Source: an uncultured Synergistales bacterium (GTDB taxonomy: Bacteria; Synergistota; Synergistia; Synergistales; JAFGMB01). From it: a stretch of DNA of 64,000 nt. The stretch spans positions 2,447-66,446 of the forward strand of contig CAYPIU010000006.1 of the NCBI GenBank assembly GCA_964410915.1, read 5' to 3'. A program made the translations under genes and the position numbers. Below, piece after piece: positions 19,737 through 27,762 of this stretch. The notes under the pieces were generated by a model. The model had not been told where the DNA came from. It did no database searches and saw only the letters and a list, made by a program, of their open reading frames with translations. Within the stretch, counting starts at the first letter, position 1. The number at the start of each line of letters is the position of its first letter.

Positions 19737-21117
19737 TTGCGAATATATTATCCCTGTTGGATAAGATGTGTTTTTCCGGCAATCTGTAGAGCTCTTTATC
19801 AGGTAATTCAGAAAGACATTCCCACGCCATAGAAAGGCTTTCTTCAAGTGAGCGCCTGTTGGAACTCTGGTTAATGAAAAGTCTTTCAAATTTGTCACCA
19901 AAAGCAAGATACTTATGTTCTGTCACATTAAGTCCCTCATCCCCTACAACAAGTTTCAACCTGTACAGCTCCCTTGATCTTGCATAGGAAGCATAAAGTT
20001 GGTCCGCCATTTGTCTATGATATTCAAATGTCTTGCCAGTACCTATCCCTTTGTTCATCAACCTGCTTAAACTGGGAAGTACATTGACAGGGGGGAACCC
20101 TGCTTTTTCATATATATCCCGATCCAGAACGATCTGTCCTTCAGTAATATAACCAGAGAGGTCAGCAACTGGATGAGTCATGTCATCATTTGGCATAGTT
20201 ATAACAGGGATCTGGGTAATACTCCCGCTTTTACCCCTCACACACCCTGCCCTTTCATATATTTCAGAAAGATCGGAATAAAGATAACCGGGAAAACCTC
20301 TTCGTCCGGGGACTTCCTCTCTCGCAGCACTGATCTCCCTCAAAGATTCGCAGTAATATAACATGTCTGTAAGTATTACGAGTACATCAAGATCTTTTTC
20401 AAATGCATAATATTCGGCTACAGTCAGTGCCATTCGCGGAGTAAGAAGACGCTCCACTGCCGAGTCACTTGCAAGGTTCATGAAAAATACACCATTATTG
20501 ATGGCACCACTGCGTTTAAAACTCTCAATAAAATAATCTGCTTCCCTGGTTGTAATACCCATGGCTGCAAAAACAACCAGAAAGGATGATTCCCGACCAG
20601 GTATCGTTGCGTTCTCAACAAGTTGAGCTGCTACCTGATTCGCTGGCATCCCCGGACCTGAAAAAACCGGTAGTTTCTGGCCTCTGACAAGGGTGTTCAT
20701 CAAATCTATTGTGGATATGCCTGTTTCAATAAAATTGTTGGGACTTGTTCTGCAGGCTGGATTGATAGTAAAACCATTTACGGCTCTGAATTCTTCGATC
20801 AATGAAAGTGGTCTACCATCCAGGGGTTGTCCTCTTCCATTGAATAATCGTCCTTTCATGCCCATTCCTACAGGAACTTTAATAACATCCCTTTCAAGCC
20901 AGATAGTAACATTCTTTGTATCCAGACCACTGGTACCATCAAAAACCTGAATAACTGAAATATCTCCATCTACCTGCAATACCTGGCCCTGCCTTAGACC
21001 ATCTGGTGTTTCGATCGTAACCATCTCACCAAACCCGGCCTCTTTAATACCTTGTACAAAGATCAACGGACCTTCTATTGACGTAATAGTTTTGTAGCCT
21101 TCCCTGTATAAACTCAT
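19729..21117 (-). CDS. atpB: A/V-type ATPase subunit B
   Basis: 462 aa, non-catalytic B-subunit family (PGRRGFPGYLYSDL, ITQIPVITMPNDDMTHPV). Confidence 0.96.
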   Translation of the reverse strand: MSLYREGYKTITSIEGPLIFVQGIKEAGFGEMVTIETPDGLRQGQVLQVDGDISVIQVFDGTSGLDTKNVTIWLERDVIKVPVGMGMKGRLFNGRGQPLDGRPLSLIEEFRAVNGFTINPACRTSPNNFIETGISTIDLMNTLVRGQKLPVFSGPGMPANQVAAQLVENATIPGRESSFLVVFAAMGITTREADYFIESFKRSGAINNGVFFMNLASDSAVERLLTPRMALTVAEYYAFEKDLDVLVILTDMLYYCESLREISAAREEVPGRRGFPGYLYSDLSEIYERAGCVRGKSGSITQIPVITMPNDDMTHPVADLSGYITEGQIVLDRDIYEKAGFPPVNVLPSLSRLMNKGIGTGKTFEYHRQMADQLYASYARSRELYRLKLVVGDEGLNVTEHKYLAFGDKFERLFINQSSNRRSLEESLSMAWECLSELPDKELYRLPEKHILSNRDNIFANE

Positions 21118-22868
21118 TGGATAACCTCAACAGCAAGTGAACGGTCAAGTTCAGTGATCCATTTTTCAGCCGCATTATTCAATTCATCCCTGTTCATATC
21201 CTTTAAATGGACAAGTTTTGCCCTAAATGGGATATCCTGCAATTCTTCAAATAGAAGTCCTTTATCAATCTTGTTACCGATCAACTGAAATACTTTTTTA
21301 AGAACATTGAGCATTGCCTTTTGTTTTTTCAAACTACAATGAGAATCCTCGTCAGAAAATGCGTTTTGCTGCAGGAAGAATATTTTTACGAGATCAGCAA
21401 ATTCAAGAGTCCACTTATCAGATTCTGACAAACCATCGCGTCCAACCAGTTGGACAAGGTCAGACAACCTTTTCTCCTGGTCAAGTACGCTCGAAAGAAA
21501 ATGTTTCAGATCATACCATTCAGAACCAATATTTTTAACTAAAAAGTCATAAAGCTGATCATTATAAAGACTGTAGCTTGTTTTCCAGTTAATAGCAGGA
21601 AAATGCCTCTGTTGTGCAAGATTCTTATCAAGCCCCCAGAAAGTTCCTGCCAGTCTGAGGCTTGACTGTGTTACTGGCTCAGAAAAATCCCCTCCTGGCG
21701 GAGATACTGCATTAATAACAGTAACAGAGCCCTTTTTGTCCGCATTTCCCAAAGGTACGACCCGTCCTGCCCTTTCATAGTATTGTGCGAGCCTGGAGCC
21801 AAGATAAGCTGGATAGCCTTCCTCTCCCGGCATTTCTTCAAGTCTCCCGGCTATCTCGCGCAAAGCCTCAGCCCACCGGGATGTCGAATCAGCCATCATG
21901 GCTACATCAAAACCCATATCCCTGTAATACTCTCCTATGGTCATACCGAGATAGATACTTGCCTCCCTTGCAGCAACAGGCATGTTTGAAGTATTAGCAA
22001 TAAGTACCATGCGCTCCATTAAGGGTGCATTGTTTTCGGGGTCCTGTATTTCAGGAAATTCTTCAAGGACCTCGGTCATTTCATTACCTCTTTCTCCGCA
22101 ACCAATATAAATTATGATATCGGCATTACACCATTTGGCGAGAGATTGCTGCGTAATGGTCTTCCCGGTTCCAAAACCACCTGGTAAGACTGCAGAACCA
22201 CCCAGTGCAACAGGAAACATCGTATCCAGGATCCGCTGTCCGGTTAAAAGAGGGAAAGTAAATGGAAGACGTTTTCTGTAGGGCCTGGGTTTCCTGACCT
22301 CCCATTCGTGACTTAAAGAGATTTCAGTACCATTGGAAAGAACACATACAGTATCTTCCAAAGAATAATTTCCCATTGTAACAATATGCTCAATAGTTGA
22401 ATCTTTATGATATGGAGGAACGAGAACCTGGTGCTTCAGATATGTTCCTTCGAGAACTTCTCCAATTGCATCTCCGGCAGTTACTGGATCTCCTGTTTTT
22501 AGAAAAGGTGTAAATTGCCATTTTTTAGTCCTCGGCAGAGTATCACAATGCAGACCTCTGGGAATAAAGATACCATTCTCTGAGATCTTGTTCAGCGGTC
22601 TGCCTATCCCGTCGAAAACATTTCCCAGGAGACCAGGACCCAGTTCCAGAGACAGAAGGTTACCCGTTAATTCAATGGGTTCTCCTGTTCGAAGCCCCTC
22701 AGTGTTTTCATAGACCTGCACGTCGATCATGTCTTCCTTGATCCTTATCACTTCACCAAGCAGACGCGCCTTCCCTATAAACGAAACTTCGAACATTTTA
22801 ACCTCGTGGAAAGCTTTAGCCTGAATAACAGGACCGAAAACTCCCGTAATTATTCCATCTGAAGTCAT
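21114..22868 (-). CDS. atpA: A/V-type ATPase catalytic subunit A
   Basis: 584 aa. Walker A motif GGFGTGKT, plus ADSTSRWAEALREI and PGEEGYPAYL. Confidence 0.97.
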   Translation of the reverse strand: MTSDGIITGVFGPVIQAKAFHEVKMFEVSFIGKARLLGEVIRIKEDMIDVQVYENTEGLRTGEPIELTGNLLSLELGPGLLGNVFDGIGRPLNKISENGIFIPRGLHCDTLPRTKKWQFTPFLKTGDPVTAGDAIGEVLEGTYLKHQVLVPPYHKDSTIEHIVTMGNYSLEDTVCVLSNGTEISLSHEWEVRKPRPYRKRLPFTFPLLTGQRILDTMFPVALGGSAVLPGGFGTGKTITQQSLAKWCNADIIIYIGCGERGNEMTEVLEEFPEIQDPENNAPLMERMVLIANTSNMPVAAREASIYLGMTIGEYYRDMGFDVAMMADSTSRWAEALREIAGRLEEMPGEEGYPAYLGSRLAQYYERAGRVVPLGNADKKGSVTVINAVSPPGGDFSEPVTQSSLRLAGTFWGLDKNLAQQRHFPAINWKTSYSLYNDQLYDFLVKNIGSEWYDLKHFLSSVLDQEKRLSDLVQLVGRDGLSESDKWTLEFADLVKIFFLQQNAFSDEDSHCSLKKQKAMLNVLKKVFQLIGNKIDKGLLFEELQDIPFRAKLVHLKDMNRDELNNAAEKWITELDRSLAVEVIQ

Positions 22869-22874
22869 ACAAAC

Positions 22875-23150
22875 CTACCTTTCACTGGAAAGATCTACAG
22901 GGCCAATAGAAGGAAAAGGAACCCAGACCGGTTTCCTGCTTTTTGTAAGCTTTGAGTAGAGGGATTTGGGAATTCTCTCAAACCATCCCTTTTCCACAAC
23001 AACAATTGCTGCATCCATTTCCTCTATAGATCGAATAAATGAAGAGAGTTCGTCCGGTGATTCGCACACAAGAGGTCTGAAACCAGAGATACTCCACAGA
23101 TCAACAAATAGCTGTCTACCTATTACAACTGCCGGTTTCTCTGAATTCAT
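22875..23150 (-). CDS. atpF: A/V-type ATPase subunit F
   Basis: 91 aa. Size and position between the C and A subunits fit subunit F. Confidence 0.8.
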   Translation of the reverse strand: MNSEKPAVVIGRQLFVDLWSISGFRPLVCESPDELSSFIRSIEEMDAAIVVVEKGWFERIPKSLYSKLTKSRKPVWVPFPSIGPVDLSSER

Positions 23151-23169
23151 AAATCCTCCTTCAGTTTTA

Positions 23170-24228
23170 TTATGACAGAGGGATCAATCTTTTGATAAGC
23201 TCTTCGGACTCTACTCCAGAAGCCATCCCCACAGCCAGAAGATTAAGGTTTTCCCATTCGGTAAGTTCCCTTGCAACATAGCCGAGTGAAACCTCGATAC
23301 CAAGAGGGTTAGCCCTGTATAACTGTCTCTGCCATTTCAGGAACTGTCTCTGCATTGCCCTTTGTATGTCTCTGGGTTCAATATTTTCCAAAAGGTCTAT
23401 CGCTCCATTCCAGACTGTTCCGCGAACAAGCAGACCAAGCAGCTTGTTTCTTTCCAGATCTGAAATATCAAAACATAAACCTCCTGGAATATAGCTCCTT
23501 TTAATAATATGATCACCCGAAACGCCGTAATTGCTACGTACCCACATCCCAAGGTTCCAGAGATCAATGTTCATACCCAGATATTCTTCCACTCTTTGAG
23601 AATTTTTTGAACCCGAAACTTCAAGCTGTTTACGAAGATGATCGATCACTGAAAGTAAAAGCGTTCTCTCAGCGTGGAAGAGCTCAGATCCGGATTGCAT
23701 ATCCATTAATGCAGATGCAAGTGATAGTGCAAGCGGATGACCGTTTGAGTGGCATTTTTCTATAGCATTACTTATAGAGCTGCTGGAATTCCATATGTCA
23801 TTAAAAAAGAACAGAGGCAGAGAGCCATAGCTATGCCACAATGGATCTGCACCTCCGGTACTTCCGGAAAAAAAAGCTCTTAAAGCAAGCCTTGAGTTAA
23901 GAAGATCAGCCCTTGCAAGAATAACTTCAAGAAGGGTTAAAACCTCACCTTCTGCGATCTTGCGTGAATGTTTGAGTTCTTCAGAGACGTGATTTGCAAC
24001 TGCATGCTCGATTCTCGCAAGAATTGAGTTACGACCCCTGATAAGCTCCTGCCTGTAACTTTCACCGTAACGACTGTCAAGAAGGAATTGTTCAAAAGAA
24101 TGCATATCTCCCCTTAATATATTGACATAGTCATCGTAATCTAATAAAAGTGAGACTCTTCTCCTCAGTATTGCATTGAAATATTCAAAGTTGTCTGTTG
24201 AGTTCAGGAATCTGAGAAACTTTTTCAA
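23170..24228 (-). CDS. atpC: A/V-type ATPase subunit C (d-type)
   Basis: 352 aa, helical. Position between E and F. The TTG start at 24228 overlaps the subunit E stop by 44 nt, so the true start may be slightly downstream. Confidence 0.82.
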   Translation of the reverse strand: MKKFLRFLNSTDNFEYFNAILRRRVSLLLDYDDYVNILRGDMHSFEQFLLDSRYGESYRQELIRGRNSILARIEHAVANHVSEELKHSRKIAEGEVLTLLEVILARADLLNSRLALRAFFSGSTGGADPLWHSYGSLPLFFFNDIWNSSSSISNAIEKCHSNGHPLALSLASALMDMQSGSELFHAERTLLLSVIDHLRKQLEVSGSKNSQRVEEYLGMNIDLWNLGMWVRSNYGVSGDHIIKRSYIPGGLCFDISDLERNKLLGLLVRGTVWNGAIDLLENIEPRDIQRAMQRQFLKWQRQLYRANPLGIEVSLGYVARELTEWENLNLLAVGMASGVESEELIKRLIPLS

Positions 24229-24829
24229 TGGTATAAATGGATATCCTCCTCATATAATGTGATTTTACTTTATTCCATCTGGTAACCAGTGTATTGTCAA
24301 CTAAATGTCTTTTATCTTCAGAAAATACCGTACACCCTCCAAAAGATCCCGTTTCCTTTTCTATAATATGAACATCACCGCTACATTCTTCAAGTAAATG
24401 TCCATGACCTGGCTCTACCTGAACTACAACGGCACCATCAATTTTATTTGATGCCTCTTTATAAAGAAAACAGAGCAGATCTCTATATTTATCCTCATCC
24501 TGGAGGATTGTTGAAAAAAAGGAAAAGACATTCTGCTCAAGCTCATCAAGCAAGAACCTCGAATAGTCCCCCACTTGTTCAAGAGTCGTATGTCTTATCA
24601 TTGTCATCTGCGAGTTAAATAAAGCTTCATATCTTTGTTTTTGTTCCTGTCTGAGACCTGCAACCCTTTTTTCTACAGAAAGCCTTTTTTCAACGATCAT
24701 CTCAGAGATCTTATGCTCTGTTTCAACACGGATCTGCTCAAATTTTCTTTTTTTATCCTCAATAAGGGCTTCTTTAAACTTTTCTATGTCCCCTCCTGAA
24801 GGATCTTGTGTAACTGGAAAAGATATCAA
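24185..24829 (-). CDS. atpE: A/V-type ATPase subunit E
   Basis: 214 aa with a long N-terminal charged helix and a globular C-terminus. Located after the K subunit. Confidence 0.8.
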   Translation of the reverse strand: MISFPVTQDPSGGDIEKFKEALIEDKKRKFEQIRVETEHKISEMIVEKRLSVEKRVAGLRQEQKQRYEALFNSQMTMIRHTTLEQVGDYSRFLLDELEQNVFSFFSTILQDEDKYRDLLCFLYKEASNKIDGAVVVQVEPGHGHLLEECSGDVHIIEKETGSFGGCTVFSEDKRHLVDNTLVTRWNKVKSHYMRRISIYTIEKVSQIPELNRQL

Positions 24830-24844
24830 GAATTAACCTCCAAA

Positions 24845-25063
24845 TCATGCAAACTGAAGGATCAGCATTATTGCAACAACAAATCCAAGTATTACCATAG
24901 TTTCCGGTATTGCTTCCAGGATAATTATAATTCCGGAAGTTTCTGGCTTCTCAGCTACTGTACCAGCTCCGGCACTCCCGATCTTGGCCTGTGCATATGC
25001 AGTAGCAAGAGCAGGAAGACCTACAGCCAGGGCTGCAGCCAAAGCAATTAAGGCTTTTTCCAA
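24845..25063 (-). CDS. atpK: A/V-type ATPase proteolipid subunit K (single hairpin)
   Basis: 72 aa with two TM helices. Reads AYAQAKIGSAGAG ... ILEAIPETMVILGFVVA, with the carboxylate in a PET motif as in archaeal and Thermus c/L subunits. Confidence 0.9.
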   Translation of the reverse strand: MEKALIALAAALAVGLPALATAYAQAKIGSAGAGTVAEKPETSGIIIILEAIPETMVILGFVVAIMLILQFA

Positions 25064-26955
25064 TTTCTACCCCTCCTTCTGGAAAATGGTTTATATTGTT
25101 TTCCTCCACCTGAATAAAACTTTCCCATAAATTCAACATAATGTAATCTTGCAGAATGTAAACTGGATCCACCAATAGCAAGGACGAAATTCAGAATATG
25201 AATCGAAAGAGCCAGAAAGAGCCCCAGCACTGATAAACCGAAAACATCAATAAACCGCGAGGCCACTACTGCAAGAATAGCTGAAGAAAGACCTATGGCG
25301 GCGATCCTGACATAACTCAGGATATTACCGATAGTACTGAAACTTTCAACAAGACCACCGATACCTCCACCTATCATTAAAAGGACCAGTCCCGTAATTA
25401 ACAGGGAGATCGAAAAGGTAAATAACTGTTCGGGTAACCACCCTTTAAATATTACAAGACAAAAGGTCAACCCAAAAAGCATTGCAAGATTACCTGTTTT
25501 TTCAATCCATACATGATGTTCTTTTTTTTGCAGGCCTTGGACAATACCGAGGAGCAGACCTATGATCACATGCCCAAAACCAAGACTTATTGTAAAAACA
25601 AGAACAGGAAGAACAGCATGAGACCGTTCTATCCATAGAGGGTGCATATTGAAAAGACGGTATCCTACATCCCCGAAAAGTTCTCCGTAAGCAATACCCC
25701 AGAAAAAACTCCATAAAGATACAATCATCAGGATGTATCCTATATCTGAAACTAATGGTTTTGATCTTTTTCGGTACATGAAAATTCCAATTAGCAAAGC
25801 AATTGCTCCATAACCAATATCACCTATCATGCATCCTGAAAAAAAAGGGAAAAAGATCGCAATAAGAGGTGTAGGATCTGAGCTCTTGTAACCTGGTGAT
25901 TCCATCAATTTAAGAAATATCTCGAATGGTCGGAAGACAGTCCAGTTATATAACGATGTTGGTACAGAATGCCACTCATTGCTGGTAGGATGTCGCCATC
26001 TGATAAGAACATCATTGCCGAATCTTTCTTTAAGATCTTCGATAGTATCGTTCAATCTGTCAACTGGTAACCAGCCTTCTATCATAAAGAAATGTTCTCT
26101 ATCAAGGGTATCAGCTTCAACATTGAGTTCTTCCAGATTTTCATCTGCAAGGATAAATAATGCTGCAAGTTTTGGTCCCCACTGATCCTTAGCGCTGACA
26201 AGATCTTCCTGGATTCCTTGAACCCTCTGGGGAATGATGGAAAGTTCCTGCTCGATCTCCAGAATAACTTTTGAGAGCTCTTCACCTTTAACAGCAACGG
26301 GAGGAGTCCATCTTACTGCGCCTGCACTATTCATTTCTTCCTCAAGAAACGGATCTGCAGTACTTTCTACGCTAAAAGATATCATATTTTCATTTTCCCG
26401 CATACGAACAGTATGATATTCGAAAAGATCTTTCCTTGTATCAGGTGATATTTCCTTCAGCCTGGCTCGTACTGAAGAGATTATTCTTGACTGCTGATCT
26501 GATGGTATCCACCAAAGGGAAACTACCCTGTTTTTTTTATTTTCGTCTTTGATAAAGTTATGAAAATGGACAGTAACATCATGAGCCTGTCTGAGTTTCA
26601 GGCTTTTGTCTTTGAGCAGATCTCTTTCCTTGAGAATACTTGAAAGCCGCTCTTGAAAATTGTCAAGACTGTTGTTAATTTCCCTTATAGTCTCTTCAAG
26701 AGGCATATCAAAACTTTTGCGAGCCTGAGCCAGCATGCTCTCTTCAAGTGAGTTCCAGTCTTTCCAGTCTAAGGCTTCCAACATACCAAGAAGCTTGCCC
26801 CTCAAAAGGCGCAAGCTATCAATTTCTTTATTAGATAATTTATTTATGGAATGCTGATCGATGTGCAGAACCGAAAGATCATGCAGGCACTTCACAATCT
26901 GACTGCGTCGTGAAAGCACGCCCCAAACAGCAATCCTGACCATATTTCTAATCAA
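25048..26955 (-). CDS. atpI: A/V-type ATPase subunit I (a-type stator/channel)
   Basis: 635 aa with a soluble N-terminal half and a polytopic C-terminal half (LSYVRIAAIGLSSAILA, SARLHYVEF). Confidence 0.92.
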   Translation of the reverse strand: MIRNMVRIAVWGVLSRRSQIVKCLHDLSVLHIDQHSINKLSNKEIDSLRLLRGKLLGMLEALDWKDWNSLEESMLAQARKSFDMPLEETIREINNSLDNFQERLSSILKERDLLKDKSLKLRQAHDVTVHFHNFIKDENKKNRVVSLWWIPSDQQSRIISSVRARLKEISPDTRKDLFEYHTVRMRENENMISFSVESTADPFLEEEMNSAGAVRWTPPVAVKGEELSKVILEIEQELSIIPQRVQGIQEDLVSAKDQWGPKLAALFILADENLEELNVEADTLDREHFFMIEGWLPVDRLNDTIEDLKERFGNDVLIRWRHPTSNEWHSVPTSLYNWTVFRPFEIFLKLMESPGYKSSDPTPLIAIFFPFFSGCMIGDIGYGAIALLIGIFMYRKRSKPLVSDIGYILMIVSLWSFFWGIAYGELFGDVGYRLFNMHPLWIERSHAVLPVLVFTISLGFGHVIIGLLLGIVQGLQKKEHHVWIEKTGNLAMLFGLTFCLVIFKGWLPEQLFTFSISLLITGLVLLMIGGGIGGLVESFSTIGNILSYVRIAAIGLSSAILAVVASRFIDVFGLSVLGLFLALSIHILNFVLAIGGSSLHSARLHYVEFMGKFYSGGGKQYKPFSRRRGRNWKKP

Positions 26956-27311
26956 AGATCGATCTCCACCTTGTCTGAATCATATATTTCTTTCTTAACC
27001 GAAATCAAAAGAGAATTTAAAATATCACTTTCGCTACTCAAGGTTTTAAGTTTGGAAATATGTGTTTCATTAGCTTCAATCATCGAGACTCGATGTGCCT
27101 CTAATCGTGTCTCATAGTCCTGCCATTCATGTTCTATCTTTTCTATGGTATTTTTTTCCATATCATGAAGTTTGTTTCCAGCACGTTCGATCTCGGCTTT
27201 CATCTTAACCCTGTATTCCTCAATTTCACGAGAAATAGTTTCCTTGAAAGACGCGAGCTCATCATCTATATCAAAAAATCTATCCTGGACTGTTTGATCC
27301 TGGTCGGTCAA
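26952..27311 (-). CDS. atpH: A/V-type ATPase subunit H (G-like peripheral stalk)
   Basis: 119 aa, charged coiled coil. It is the first gene of the operon, in the archaeal H-I-K-E-C-F-A-B-D order. TTG start lies 9 nt after GGAGG. Confidence 0.65.
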   Translation of the reverse strand: MTDQDQTVQDRFFDIDDELASFKETISREIEEYRVKMKAEIERAGNKLHDMEKNTIEKIEHEWQDYETRLEAHRVSMIEANETHISKLKTLSSESDILNSLLISVKKEIYDSDKVEIDL

Positions 27312-27762
27312 AAAAATCAGCCTCCATCAAGAATTCACAAAATGCTCCCCTGTCAATGATCCCGACGAGTCTGCCATTTTCAACGATGGGAATCCTTTTT
27401 ATTTTCTTGCGCAACATCAAATCTGCAACTGTCATAAGACTCGCAGTTGGCTCAAGAAAAATTGGTTCATAGTTCATATATTCTGAAACAGTTGAATTTC
27501 CCAGTTCCACAAAACGCTCCAGAAATGTGCATTCCTCATCGGAAAGAAATGAACTCTGGGCAAGAACTTCAAGATATGTTGGAACTGCAGCCTTTAGAAC
27601 ATCGGATTCGGACAGAAAACCTACAAGTTTCCAGTCATCCTTGATGACTGGGATCCCTGTCAGATTATGGCTGTAAAGGATATGCACAGCATCATGAACA
27701 AGATCTGTAGGCATGACAGCCGTGAGATCAGGATGCATTAACTCTCTTGCAAGGGTATTCAT
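27280..27762 (-). CDS. CBS-pair domain protein
   Basis: 160 aa with two CBS motifs (GIPVIKDDWKLVGFLSESDV and RIPIVENGRLVGIIDRGAF). The start overlaps the upstream stop by 1 nt (TAATG), and the 3' end overlaps atpH by 32 nt. Confidence 0.85.
   Translation of the reverse strand: MNTLARELMHPDLTAVMPTDLVHDAVHILYSHNLTGIPVIKDDWKLVGFLSESDVLKAAVPTYLEVLAQSSFLSDEECTFLERFVELGNSTVSEYMNYEPIFLEPTASLMTVADLMLRKKIKRIPIVENGRLVGIIDRGAFCEFLMEADFFDRPGSNSPG

Noticed and set aside
19737-19907. N-terminal extensions of track ORFs overlapping upstream genes (atpD 19737-19907, serS 30935-31066, mutS 62031-62087, xerD 48818-48937, oxidoreductase beta 50749-50829)
   Set aside because: Each extension runs through the 3' end of a well-supported upstream gene or through a terminator hairpin. 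In every case an internal ATG with a good RBS gives a product that begins at the conserved family N-terminus.
24845-25063. Reading the K-subunit Q...PET motif as evidence for a Na+-translocating ATPase
   Set aside because: The same residues occur in the H+-coupled Thermus V-type proteolipid, as I recall its sequence. The motif alone is not discriminating.
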